Positions 45,009 to 58,311 are shown, numbered from the stretch's first letter. The stretch is 64,000 nt of DNA from Podarcis melisellensis (GCA_964234715.1 OZ174276.1); one strand, 5' to 3'. Notes: generated from the letters alone by a model not told the origin. A program made the numbers and translations.

Positions 45009-46957
45009 GTCTTAAGTATGTATTAAGGTTCTGTTTGAGACGAAAAGAAAATACTTTAACGTTTAGAATATGGCTGGAATACTGGAAATTGTTCCAGAGC
45101 AAGATGAATGGTAGGAAGTGTAGAGCAAAAACTCTGTAAATGGACTGTTTTTGTGACCAGTATAAGATCCTATTCTATTTTGTGTTGGACCTCACTATAT
45201 TGGGCTTTTACTTTTGCAGATGATAGTCTGGGCAGAGAGTTTGAGAGTGGAGAAGCTTTGTAGAATTTCTGTCATGAATACAGTATTCACACTGTTCTTT
45301 GGTCACATTCATGGCTGACAAACTTTTAAGTGTTTAGTATTTGGAGATTTATTTATTTATTTTCCTTTCCGTGGAGCTGTTTGGGTGTGAGTTAAAACAA
45401 GTATGTATTCTTGGAAATGTAATGCTGCTGTACACATTTGGGCAAAGCCCAAATATCACAAGTTGCCACTCCCAGATTGTAAGAACAGAATGCAGGTAAT
45501 TTGGTTGCCTCATTGTTTTTAGTTGCAACAGCATAACGTCTTTGAAGGCGGAAAACCTGAAATTTGGCAAAGGTTCGCTTTGTGTTTTAATTAAAAGTGT
45601 TGGAAATTAAGATTTTAATAGCACTATAAAATATTCAAGTGCAGAACTAAAAATGTGTATTTTGTTGTGCCTTGCTACTCTTTCTTCAATACCAGTTTAG
45701 TTCAGAAAACCTTCAAAAACCCTATTACACCAGTTTTGCTATCTTAGCAATCAACTGCATTTTGATTCTATATATGCAGACAAACGTTGATTTTGTTGAG
45801 ATGTACAAAATATCATAGTGTTTGCTTCTAAAGTTAAGCAATTAGAACATTAATGTGGGTGCTGGATTTGGAGCAGCTGTGCAGGATGAACAGTCCAGAA
45901 CATCTGGAGGGCTCCATGTTGGGGAAGAGTGATCTAAATAATTTTTATCTATTTATTGCTGAGTCACTTATTGCTTTATTTTTTTTCCTCTTTCCAATTC
46001 TCTCTCTTTTGACCTCTTCTCTGTAAGTTTAAAAGTTCATGGTACTTCTGTGAAAGGTATACAGTTCATATGATACAGTGTAGTGTATATGAAATTTTAG
46101 ATAACATTTAACTCCTTTTGCAAAAGATTGCTTCTATCCTCCTTCCAGCAAAGTTAGGCAAATATTGTAACCAGGCATATTTATTTATTTATTTATTTTA
46201 AAAATATGCCTCAAAAAGAAAGGTTGATCCAAATATAGCTTTGTATTTCCATTAAAAATACTAATCGTGCATGGGCAAGAAATTTCAGACTTTGTGCCTT
46301 GTCATCTTGAATTTTTAATCTTGTGCAGCTTAAGCTTAATGAACAATTAGTTTTCAAAAGGTACTGAAATAATGTAAACAACCGAAAGACTTGTGCATAT
46401 GAGGTGTGGCTTCAGAAATCCTGTTGTCAATATTTTGTTCTATAACAAATACCTTGAAGGAACACTGCTGTGTATTTGATTTCACAGGGTGGCAGTGCAC
46501 CAGTTTCTCTGTTCTTGTAGTTTTAAGGTGACCTAAGAACTTGTATAGCTTCAGTCTTGAGGGTGAATGGTTTTGGTCCATCTAGGCTTTTAAGGACCAT
46601 GTTGCTTTCCACAAAAAATATGTCATATGCACAAATGGGATGGTATAACAATAGTTAAAGTGATTGCTTTCTTTGTTCTCAACGTGGTTGGGTCAATCTA
46701 GCAACACTTAGTTATGTAAACTATATTGCATCCTGGAATCCTAATAATATATATAAAATATATCTCATAAATCCATAATTGCAAGAATGTAGTAGTCCTC
46801 GTTTTATGTGCACATCTAGGATGCCACTTCACATTTCCTATGTTATGTTCGTGAGAACATAAGAGAGCATGGTTTTGAAGTATGCTTGTAGAGAAAATGC
46901 ACAGAAATATATTGTGAGCAATAAAGGACTCTAACTGGGGTGGGGGAGAGTAACCTA

Positions 46958-47145
46958 GGTGTAGCTTTTAGTGAAAGCTGGGTGTGGGCTTTGAAGACCT
47001 AGGTTCAAAGCCCTGCTCTGACCATAAGAAGCTCATCTGGTAACCTTGAGCTCTTGCCTCAAGCTGTCTAATATAGAGTGGTTGTGAGGATAAAATGGGA
47101 ATGATCTCATGTACATCATTCTGAACTCACTAAAGGGAAAGGAGT
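46958..47145 (+). mobile_element. Old MIR/CORE-like SINE (related minus-strand remnants at ~15790-15990 and ~43690-43810)
   Basis: B-box-like GGTTCAAAGCC and CORE-like GGTTGTGAGGATAAAATG. Confidence 0.55.
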
Positions 47146-47258
47146 GTGTGGGGGAATACATATCCCTAAATTAAATACCTAGATTGGTAGGGGGATCTGC
47201 CTCCTTGATGTAATTTCTATATTGCTTTCTGTGTCCCCCCTCCTTTCATTGTCAAGTA

Positions 47259-47478
47259 CAGTGGTAGGTCCAGGGGTCCGTTCTTAACCTGAAACAGTTC
47301 TTAACCTGAGGTACCACTTTAGCTAATGGGGCTTTCCGCTGCCACTGTGCTGCCGCCGTGTGATTTCTGTTCTCATCCTGAGGTAAAGTTCTTAACCTGA
47401 GGTACTACTTCCGGGTTATCGGAGTCTATAACCCGAAGTGTTTGTAACCCGAGGTGTTTGTAACCCGAGGTACCACTG
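47259..47478 (+). mobile_element. Tigger-like MITE family A, copy 3 (left TIR partly deleted)
   Basis: TA|CAGTGGTA ... TAACCCGAGGTACCACTG|TA. Interior homologous to copy 1. Confidence 0.88.
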
Positions 47479-48568
47479 TACTTTATTGCAGTTGCCTAGG
47501 TAACTTAAATATTTGCAAGTTAATATACAGTATCTTTTCTGTGCTTTTCTTCTGTTACCAAGATTAGTTTAAGGAGTAGAAATTAGGGTTCCATATGCGT
47601 GATTGTATGAAAGGTTTATTAAAAAAACAAACGCCTGTGCACACAAAACGTTGCCATGAGCAGAAACAAAGGGAAATGAGGGCTGAGAATTTTAATCTTG
47701 AACAATTAAAATGCTAGATCACTGCTGATCTTGAAACATTCATACATGGACATTTTCAAGCGTTTATATACCCTTTAAAACATTATTTACAAGGTTCATG
47801 AAGCATTATGCTTACTTAGCGCTGGTGCAGTAAATTACGGTATACTAGTAAATGCTAAAGTCAAAGCACTCTTCAGTATAGTCCTAGTGATAGTCATTAA
47901 ACCAGAGCGTGCATTTGTATGTGGGCATAGATCCCAACTTCCTGCAAGTGGAAGGTTGGCAGAAAGAGGCTGGGAGGCGATTGCCACTTCCTCTTTACTC
48001 CTTTGAACCCAAATAATGGAATGAATCCATGTCACCACATATTACCTTTCACAAAACTAATGTTCTCCAACAATTCCTTTGTTTCTTAAACACTGTTTAT
48101 TTCCCTCTGCATTTTTGAATTGACTCATCTACATTCTATCTGATCTTGCAGTGTTGTTCAATCTATATGGAAATTGCTCCTCATCTTTTTCTGACCTTGC
48201 TATCGAGGCAGCATCTGTGGTGAAGCAGAGGTTTTAATTTAACTATTAGCAATAAACCATCCAGCTTTAATTTAAGGCAGTCAGAGTCTTGCCAACTAGT
48301 GACTGTGTAATTCTTCTGTGGCAACACTGCCTAACTATACGCTCCCTAAGAGCATAAACCAGGAATGGGGGAGCCTCAGCCCCTAGGGCCAAATGCTGAC
48401 CCATAATCCTCTCTGTTGGGCCCTCCCAACTCTCCAAAGGCCACACCCTCTTTCTTCAGAGCACATCCTTCACAGGTCTTTCCCCTTCCCCTCCTGAATG
48501 CTTTCACCTGGCTGAACAGTGTCCTTGAATTGCGATAATGTCTCTTGCTTGCCTGAATGTAGAGAGGT

Positions 48569-48570
<2 letters not shown>

Positions 48571-48611
<41 letters not shown>
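48571..48611. repeat. (TG)n microsatellite
   Basis: Seen directly. Confidence 0.98.
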
Positions 48612-48613
<2 letters not shown>

Positions 48614-49515
48614 CTATATACCTCTGACTTGCGTGGCTGGATTGTAGCCTCCACAAAGGTAGGAGTCACATCCACTGCTCCGCCTACTTTTGTTTCTAGA
48701 TGCACTCACTTTGTTTCTGGCACTGCCTTGCTGCAGGCATGTGGCCCCTGCACGGTCTCCCACAAAGGGGATGCAGCTTACAAGGAGTTCTCTGTTTCTG
48801 TCTCTCTCTTGCGCACACACACAGCACTCAGCCATGCAGCTCTGTAGGATTACGCCAAAGTTTGTATTGCAGGCAATCTTTGATCACCAGCTGAGTCCTG
48901 GCTCCAGTATATTGTTTTTCTAGCAGGTATTCAATTTTTGTTTTACAAGTTTTGATTACCATAGCTGATAAATATTACTTGTGAGGAACTGCAAGGGGTG
49001 GAGACAAATAATGCATCTAATTTTGATTTGGCTTCCAAAAAAACATGAAACCCAAGCTTTAAAGCTTTCTGTCCTAAGGTTCTGGAGAGAAATTTGAATA
49101 TGTGAAGGCAAATATTGCTGATACTTGTTCCCAATGCCAGTTAAGCCAGCGTCAATTTAAAAAAAAAAGAAAAAAGCTGTTGAGTGCTTAAAGTGTGTTA
49201 ACATTGGCATTCTGAAGATGAGCTTATCCCAGCCTGGCTTCCAAGTTAGAAAGACCGCTGGAGTAATGTGGGGCAATGGCTGTGACAAAATAAACACATT
49301 TCTCAGCAAGGCTTCAATGTGAATGCTTCCTCTGATGTTATACTGCTTTATAAGTGCTGTTTAAAAAACTCGCTTTTTGAAAATTGTTGTATTTGGTTTA
49401 TATTGTGCTAAGTATGTTCACTTGAACCCCACCAGAAGGATTTAAGGTGCACTTAAGTTGCTCGTCTTGGAAACATGCTTTCTTAATACAGTTTTAATAG
49501 TTCTTAGGTTTGAGG

Positions 49516-49519
<4 letters not shown>

Positions 49520-49569
<50 letters not shown>
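49520..49569. repeat. (CT)n microsatellite
   Basis: Seen directly. Confidence 0.98.
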
Positions 49570-49570
<1 letters not shown>

Positions 49571-51293
49571 ACTGTCAAATATACTTCTCAGTCTTCTGGA
49601 AAAGTTACAATACTCTGGTGGGGGTGGAGAATCAAAGCACTCTTTCTCTTCATTGTCCTTTTCAATTCCCCTCCCCTTCCCCCAATAGACTTTCAGATTG
49701 GAACTACCTTGCAGTATTTCAGTTTAGTGATGTTCTGTTCTGTTTCTGTTGATCGGCTGATGTGAAATGTGTTCTGTTGGTACTGTAGCTGAATTCATTC
49801 TCCAGAGAAGGCTGGATAAGTAGCCAGCTTTGGCTAGGGTCCGTCATGAGTGCAGTTTTTGGTTGATTTTGCTTTGCTACCCAGTCAAGAAAGGGCAACA
49901 GCAGGCATTGGATTGGGAAAGTCTGCAGCTGCATAAGCTGCAGTTCTGCCAAAAAGAATAATGAGAGCAGTCAAGAAAAGGAACAAAAGCAGCTGAGAGA
50001 TGCCCCACATCTCTGAGATTTTTTTCTTTACACACTGGGTTTTCATTTGCAAATTGGCCCTGTGGTATTTGTTGTTTGTGCTTCTCACTGCACTTTCTTC
50101 TTCTTCTCAAATCACTTTCTTTGAGAACTCTTATTTTGTTTAACTAAATTTAATTGCATTTCACTGAGGCACCTTTTAACTACTAATTTCAAACCTAAAG
50201 TGAATTTCTGAACTATGTTTATAACTGAGATTTTCTACCTTAAAAAAATAAATGATTTACCTATATATAACTGTTTAGCATTTATGTAACAGACAATACA
50301 AGTGAAGATCAAAGTACCATACTTTACACCTATAAACTCATGAAGGTACTTTGCAATAATCATAACTGATTGTATATCTCTCTGTAGGCCCATGTTTAAA
50401 ATCTTATCCTAGCTGTTAAGCACTTATAAATAACATCCTTGCTGTAGCAATTGGAATAAAATATTTGAATACTGTGTGTTTTCCTTTCAAAACACATTTT
50501 ACAATGACTGTGTTTAGTACAAAGTACATTTTTTTGGTACTAAAAGACAGATAACAAAGAAGAATATCAAACTGAGACTTTTGTGTATGTGGGCTATATT
50601 CCCCTCCCCCCCCCCCAGTGAGGCTATAAATGTGGTTTGGGTCATTTTAATGTGGGTTTTTCAAGAGTTTCGAGAAAAGTCAGGATTTAGTAATAGAGAT
50701 GTTGTTTCTGCTCTGGGAATTTAACATTTGAAGTCTTGCGGAAAATGCTGTGTTTGGTAATTTGGCACATGTCTCATTTCTTCATCTTACATGGCTCTAC
50801 AGCAAGCAAGAGTGATGGCTTAATTAGGGGTAGCCTGTGGTAGTCAGTGGCTGTGCACATGGTTACTAGCTTAAAATACAGTGAGGTAGTTCTTTCTTGC
50901 TGCTGGTTTGAAGCTGGCTCGGGAAAAACCCATACAGAAAACCCAGGATAGATGTGGATGGTGGCTAACGTGTATACATGGCTTTCCAAATCAGCAGTGG
51001 GATTGAACCCGGGGGGCAGAGTAGGTGGGAGAGTGTACATAGGCAGTGTGAAGGAGGAAGTCCAGGCTGCTTGAATCAGAGACTATTGTACAGTATTGTA
51101 TTGGCTTGTATTGGCTTGTAGGGTTGCACGCGCTGAATGTTAATGACTAGAATAGGATAGTATTACATTGTTTATCTATTTCTTTAAACAATGCACGTAC
51201 CACTTAACTGCAGTTGTCTTATTGGAATTGGTTCTTCTTCATAGAGCAGGATTGCTAAGCTGATGCCCCAGGGATCTTATCAGGCCCTTTGAA

Positions 51294-51530
51294 GTAGGGA
51301 TGCAGAGACCTCTTTCAGCCTGAGGACCACATTCTCTTGTGGACAGCCTTGCAGGGCTGCATGCCAGAGACAAAAGTGGGTAGCGCAACGAAGTCTTTTG
51401 TTTAATAGCCTTAATAAAGTCAGATATAATGGCAAGAGCCATTATCACAGTCCAGTGACGAGAGTAAGGGCCAGATGGAGATTCCTCGAGGGCCACAATT
51501 GGCCTCTGGGCCTGACATTCTCCATTCCTG
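51294..51530. mobile_element. Degraded hAT MITE
   Basis: TAGGGATG...GAGGACCACATT start and GGGCCACAATTGGCCTCTGGGCCTGACATTCTCCATTCCTG end, typical of Charlie-like MITEs. TSD not clear. Confidence 0.5.
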
Positions 51531-51719
51531 CTCTAATGTGACATGAGTGACATGAGTGATACACTTCCATACAGATTATTGACCTATCCTCATGTCTGGT
51601 AAGTTGATGTCTTTAATATAGCAAAAGAGCTGACCTATCAGTAGTACTGTCTTAGCATTAGACCGCCCTTCTAATTAAATTAAATCTACAACAATACCTC
51701 AGTGTGACTTGTAGTCCAA

Positions 51720-52270
51720 ATGTGGGGCTGCCCTTGGGTCTGGTTCGGAAGCTCCAGCTGCTGCACAATGCAGCCGCCGGACTGCTGATGGCAGCATCTG
51801 GTCAAGAACATGTGAGACCACTGTTGTTGTTTTTTAAGCCATGTATTACCCTCGGGTTTCAAACCGCTGTGGGCGATTGCAGGATCCAAGCAATGCATTG
51901 GTCAATCAATCAAACCGCTGGGCTAAGCTGGCTCATGTGACACCATTGTTAAAACACCTGCACTGGCTGCCCATCTACTACCAAGTTCAGGATTCTTGTT
52001 TTAATTTACAAAGCCCCAAACAACTCTGGTCCAGGGTACCTCAGGTCCAGGGTACCTGAACCCTTATATCCCAGCTTGATCATTGAAATAATCTGTGGGA
52101 GCCTTATGGGCCATTCCTCAATTTGCTGAGGCTCATTTGACAACAAGAAACTGTGTATGTAGGGTCATCGGCCCAGTTCTGTAGAATACTCTGCCAACAG
52201 AGATTCAGCAGGTGACTTCTTTGCCAACTTTTAAATGCCTGCTGAAAACTTTTCTATTCCACCAGGCTAT
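51720..52270 (+). mobile_element. Degraded L2 LINE 3' fragment with a short internal insertion
   Basis: Encodes GLPLGLVRKLQLLHNAAAGLL and HVTPLLKHLHWLPI, characteristic of the L2 RT C-terminus. Confidence 0.8.
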
Positions 52271-52630
52271 ACAGGCAGCTAAGAAAACATCCTTCCACAA
52301 AGGTTAAGTGATGTCTGTTTTAAACTTTTTATGGTTCTATTCTATGGTTTTGATATCTATTTATGACAAATTGGTATATACAGATTTTTATAAATAAAAA
52401 ACAATATTAAATGCCTTTATAAATATTATATACCTTTAAAGAATATCCTTAAGGAAACTGACATAAAACTGCAATGGCATTTTCCAGTGCTGTATTCTGG
52501 AATGTATATACAGAAGGTTGGGTGCACCTTCTGAATTTGGATATTGTTGTTAAAACCTTCATGTTTAAGAGGTATCAAGATTTCCCATAGACAGTTTCTA
52601 AAACTAGCTCATTTAGGTTGCAAAGCTTGT

Positions 52631-52780
52631 GAACATAGGAAGTTGTGTTATTCAAACCATTGGTCCATCTAGCTTCATACTGTTCACACTGACTTGTAGT
52701 GGCTCTCCAGGGTTTGAGGCAGGGAGATGCCAGGCATCGCATCTTTTGCACACAAAGCATGTGCTCTTCTACTTGCATCA
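52631..52780 (-). mobile_element. Degraded tRNA-derived SINE with CR1-like tail
   Basis: AACATAGGAAG...CCATTGGTCCATCTAGC...GGCTCTCCAGGG pattern, recognised from memory of squamate SINEs. Confidence 0.45.
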
Positions 52781-53098
52781 TATTAGTTCCACAATGGTTG
52801 TTTGTTTTGTATGAGTAATAATCAGTGTCACTGATTTATGAGATCAGCCATATTTACGGAACTCCTAAAGAACAATCCTATGCTAATACTCCTCTTTCCG
52901 ATTGCATGTGTTCCTGTAGCCTATGGTGATTCTAGTTCTACATTCTCATGTTGCATCTACTTGGGTGCAATCACCCTCATTGATTTATAAATCTTGTACG
53001 CTTTATTGGGATTTCTGTAAAAAAAATTTATATATAAGTAAATAGGTCTTCCTCATAACGCGAGACAGAATACTTTATTTTGTTGTTGTCTAACTGTA

Positions 53099-53366
53099 TA
53101 AAGGTAAAGGTAAAGGTACCCCTGCCCGTAAGGGCCAGTCTTGACAGACTCTGGGGTTGTGCGCCCATCTCACTTAAGAGGCCAGGGGCCAGCGCTGTCC
53201 GGAGACACTTCCGGGTCACGTGGCCAGCGTGACAAAGCTGCATCTGGCGAGCCAGAGCCGCACACGGAAACGCCGTTTACCTTCCCGCTGGTAAGCAGTC
53301 CCTATTTATCTACTTGCACCCGCTAGGTTGGCAGGCGCTGGGACCGAGCAGCGGGAGCGCACCCCA
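53099..53366 (-). mobile_element. Sauria SINE, truncated, divergent subfamily
   Basis: (AAGGTA)n tail complement and core CTTCCGGGTCACGTGGCCAGC, with multiple differences from the other copies. Confidence 0.85.
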
Positions 53367-54392
53367 GCCTCAAAAGCATTCAGAATACTGTTTATTAAGC
53401 TGACACTTGGATTTTCCACAGGTTTTAGCTCATCTGTGTGTACACTAATTAGAAGGAAGTCAACTAACGGAGCAAAACAGGATTGCTTATCATTTGTTCA
53501 GTAAATTATTATATGCCCGGGCTGCTTAGTCAGGTAAAATACTGCAATGATGAAATGCCAAAATTTAATTGTATTTACAAATTGTCTAAATCCTTTGAAC
53601 ATTTCTATCTTGATTTGTTTGATTTTGTTTTGCTAACTGTTCCTTGTTGTAGAATCTTAATTCTTTTATGTCTGAGGGTTAGCCAGATGGCCCAATAAGG
53701 CTTTGCTTTTTAACCCACTGCCTTTGTGAGCTGTGTTGTCTACAAGCATTTCAGCTTCTGACACTTGGGTTCCACACATACTGTCTTTTCAGTTATATGT
53801 ATTTAGAAAATAATAGTGAGTCAGAAAATCTGCAAAGTTTTCAACCTCTGAAACAGGCTTCATGGAATTTTTATTTGCATACATAAACTACTGTCCAAGT
53901 ACTGCCACATCTCTGTGTGTATTGTGTGAACACCATAGTGATTGGTGGCAGGGAACGTCTTCCAGAAGATTTGTAAGGAAAGAGGGAGCAGGTGGGTTGG
54001 GCTGTGCAGATGGATAGGGCTGCTTGCATCAAGCGCAGCCCGTGACCTGACTCTGCCTGGGCAGTGACCTTACCAGCAGGAAGTGGAGAAACTGCAAGGC
54101 TGCTTCAGTCAAGGCCAAAACTCTGACGCTAACAGTCACTAACAATGACAGAAACCGTTGACGGATGATATCAGGCCTGCAACGAGTGTACCCAAGCAGC
54201 TTCAAAAGTTACCAGTATAGATGCCAACAGGGAAGAAATGGCAGATTTTCCAGGCATGGGGTTAATGAAAGGTTTCTTCGCTGGACTAGGTTCAAGCAAA
54301 AGCTGAACATATTCTGTGTCAGGGCTGAGTGCTTAAATGGTATGTTTGATGAAAGACCTGGTAATATGAGAACCTATACTTTCATTGTCAAA

Positions 54393-54742
54393 GGGATGCG
54401 GGTGGCGCTGTGGTCTAAACCACAGAGCCTAGGGCTTGCCGATCAGAAGGTTGGCAGTTTGAATCCCCGCGATGGGGTGAGCTCCCGTTGCTCGGTCCCT
54501 GCTCCTGCCCAACCTAGCAGTTTGAAAGCACGTCAAAGTGCAAGTAGATAAATAGGTACCGCTCCAGTGGGAAGGTAAACGGCGTTTCTGTGCGCTGCTC
54601 TCGTTTGCCAGAAGTGGCTTACTCATGCTGGCCACATGACCCGGAAGCTGTATGCCGGCTCCCTTGGCCAGTAAAGCGAGATGAGCGCCGCAACCCCAGA
54701 GTCGTTCGCGACTGGACCTAAGGTCAGGGGTCCCTTTATCTT
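54393..54742 (+). mobile_element. Full-length Sauria SINE
   Basis: tRNA-like head GGGATGCGGGTGGCGCTGTGG (A box) and B-box-like AGTTTGAATCC. CCTTTA tail. Probable TSD TACTTTCATTGT at 54377-54388 and 54743-54754. Confidence 0.93.
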
Positions 54743-56721
54743 TACTTTCATTGTTGTTAAAAAGTGGATTCCTAGCTTTAGGATACAGAATTAGTTGTCA
54801 TGTGTGGTCAGTACCTGGTGAAAATGCAGAGTGAGGGATAAACAGGACTTGCAGTGGTCCAGAAGTGGGGTACGTCAAGCACAAGAGCTCCAGTCCCATC
54901 TGGGACTGGCTGAAAACAGGATATTACATTTGGAACTGATATTTTGCCTAAATTGGTATAGAGAATGGAAAGTGAAGAACATCCTTGCTTTTAGAGAGTA
55001 GGGAGGTGAGACTTGTCAGAATAAATATGGAAGATGTATAAGGAAACAGTTCTACTTATTCTTGCACAAGGTGTGCTCTGATAGTGGTTAGTGAGATGGA
55101 ACTTAAAGTTAAGACAAGAGTGTGAAAGAATACTAGAGAAAATGAACATGCATGAATGACCCTGGACTCTGCCTAAAAGAATCTATGAAGCCATTATGTG
55201 TGAGGTCAAAGTGACATTCTACATGGTTAAATATTAGTTATTTATGACTACAAGTAACTAAGGAATGCAAAAAATGTATGTGTTGCTGTTTGGCAAGTGG
55301 TATGCTATTGTTCTTTGACCCTTAACTACTGGAGACATTACATTGCGTTCAGTATTGATGAACTAGCGGCCTTGCCATTTTTACTCCAGAATGGTAATTC
55401 TGTCTTCCAAATCTGTGTACATAGCATCTTACATTTAGAAGATACTAGCCTGATGACTGACTGTGACCTAAATTGAGTTGGAACGTTGTAATCAACCATT
55501 CACACAGCAACAGTCATGGCTTGTTGCTGTTGGTGGAAATTTCTGAGCTAAGAGGACCTTTTGCTTCTTAAGAAGTGGTCCCACCTTCCATTTCACATGA
55601 CACCTACTTTTTAACACACACACACACACACGTAGATGATCTATGTCTGACTCTAGGCAGCTCTTGGGATCCTGGCTACATTAAACCTGTTTTCTATAAA
55701 ATATACTCAAAAGCAACTCAATAGAAAGGTAGCAAAATGCAATTTTAAAATATCAGTAAAAAATTAATATGATAACATTTTCCATTAGATATGCTGTATG
55801 CATAAAATACACCAACTGGATTATCTCTCCCTTTCCCCTTGATCTAAATTGAAGCTTAATGTTGTGGAATGTGGAGGATTCTACCATCATGCACCTCTCC
55901 CGGCTCTCCATCTGATTGGCACTCTGATTTTATGTTCCTCAGCTGCTTCCTGTGCTAATTGGCAGGGGAGTGAAAATGGACTTGGAGGCTGCATAGAAGA
56001 AACCAGGAGTTTTGCATGTGGCCTTGGGATGTGACCTGGGTTGTCCATATGTGACTTCTATACTTCCTATGCTGGTAGTTAAGCCCCTTAAATATGACAT
56101 CACTTAATCTACTTGTGATCAAGCTGCACCAAAGGCTTAGAAATCAATTAAGTGGTTTTCTGGTTCACATTGTCCTAATTCAGACTGAACCCTGCGGAGT
56201 TATTTCATGGTTGGTCACAGCCTTGTATGTATTAATAAGTCATTTACCATGCCAGAAATAGCAATTCTTGCTTATGGTACATGTAAATCACAACACTGCT
56301 GCTATAAATAAAACTTACAGAAATTATTTAGTGTCTTGGGTCCATTCATAAGTTCTTCATATGTCTTTTTTTACTTCAAGTGCAAAACTAGATAGTTATC
56401 CAATGCTACCCCTTTCTGGTGCATTTCTATCATTTGAAGTGGCAAGGGATGCATTTCAAAAAAGGTGTCCAGTGATTGCCTCTTCAATAAGTGTTTATAA
56501 AACAGATATGATGCTTTAAATCTTTAACTTCAAAGCATATTTTCTAACAAGAACCCCACTTTTCTAAAAAGAAAAAAAGAATGTTGCTATGTTTAAAAAC
56601 ATGTTAAAGTCACTGCTGAGAAAAAAATGTTTCCAATATTATTTTTTTTAAATGACCTGCATTTGATCTGTTGAAAGCAGCATTTTCTACTCAGTTCGAA
56701 AACATCACTAGGTGCAGATGG

Positions 56722-57071
56722 TAAAGGTAAAGGGACCCCTGATCGTTAGGTCCAGTTGCGGACGACTCTGGGGTTACGGCGCTCATCTCGCTTTACTGGC
56801 CGAGGGAGCCGGCGTACAGCTTCCGGGTCATGTGGCCAGCATGACTAAGCTGCTTCTGGCAAACCAGAGCAGCGCATGGAAACGCTGTTTACCTTCCCGC
56901 TGGAGTGATACCTATTTATCTACTTGCACTTCGTGCTCTCGAACTGCTAGGTTGGCAGGAGCAGGGACCGAGCAACGGGAGTTCACCCCGTCGCGGGGAT
57001 TTGAACCTCCTACCTTCTGATTGGCAAGCCTCAGGCTCTGTGGTTTAACTCACAGCGCTACCCGCGTCCCT
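56722..57071 (-). mobile_element. Full-length Sauria SINE
   Basis: Reverse complement of the 54393 copy. 13-bp TSD TAGGTGCAGATGG at 56709-56721 and 57072-57084. Confidence 0.94.
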
Positions 57072-58189
57072 TAGGTGCAGATGGACTCTGTTGTATTTCT
57101 GAACTCCCTGGCTTCTGTGATTACCTTGACATTTGAGTGATATGTGGGAGGATATGTAAAGTAGCATCCAATGCATTGTTAGATGCCAAAGGATACCACA
57201 GCACATTGATTTCATTGTGCTGAAGAACAACGTGCAGACTCCACAAAGGGCTCTGCTGCACTCCTGTTGCTCTTCAGAGGTGTAGGAATCAGACATTTAA
57301 AACGAGGACAACTAAAGTGTGAAGCCAGTGGGGGTGGAGAATCCAAAATGAAAACAGTGTTTCTGAAGGTTGACTTTCTAAAGCATTATTAGATGGTCTG
57401 GTAAATACGCCAAGAGAGTGCCAGATGGGGATGCTCTTCTGAGCTGCCTGCTGGTTACTGCTGCTGCCATAGTGACAAGAGGCTTCCCTCTGAGCAAGTG
57501 CAGAATCTCCAGGGACTTTAGATTGGATTATGTGCTTTGTGATAAATTGCCTGAATGGGAGCAAGACTGGATGGGAGTCCCTGCTGCTGTAATCTTGGTT
57601 TCATTCAAGATGGTCACAATTTAGTCTGAGATCCAGAAACAACTATAAATTTGGTGGCAAGTGGGTTTTGTTTTTATATTGCTGCAAACTGTACCACCGC
57701 TGTCTGGAATGTATGTTGTGGTGCTTTTAAAATGGTGCCTTTTTTCCACTATAGCCTCAACATGTCTGCTGCTTGTTTCCCCCTCTCTCTCCACTCCTGG
57801 ACATTGTGAGAAGAATGTTTTGAGGGATATTTAGTTAAGCTCTGTATATGTGATTGTGGGAGAAAAATAGCCAACCACACGAGTTAAGTTACTTCTATTT
57901 TAACTTTGTTTTCCCCCCTGTATGTTTTTGACGCCTTATATTAAATATGTGATTCCTTATGATCAGTTTGACTTAATTTTCAATCAGATATGCATTTCCT
58001 CAACTCTTTATAACAAGGCATGCACCATACGACCTGAGCAGACCGCATGGACCTGTTGACTACTGCTTAATGGTGTAATTGTCACAGTCTCTGTATGAAC
58101 TTCATACATCTTATTTCGCTCTGACCTACACTGTTTACAACCTCCCAGGTACTCATGTGTATTTATACTAGCAAGTCAGGATAAGGCTA

Positions 58190-58272
58190 AATGCATCTGA
58201 TGAAGTAGACTGTAGTGCATACAAGCTTATGCTGAAATTTCCACAAGCCTCTGCTGCGTTTGCTGCAACATA
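58190..58272 (+). mobile_element. Penelope-like element terminal remnant (others at ~6165-6230, ~34320-34470, ~41525-41615, ~59575-59650)
   Basis: CTGATGAAGTAGACTGTAGT...AAGCTTATGC...CCACAAG...TTTGCTGCAACA resembles reptile Penelope pLTR ends. Recognised from memory. Confidence 0.5.
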
Positions 58273-58311
58273 GCTCCTTGAAAATTCAGCATACAGCTTT
58301 CTGCAAATATA

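Noticed and set aside
54393-54470. tRNA gene
   Set aside because: The A/B-box-like region is the head of a Sauria SINE, not a standalone tRNA.
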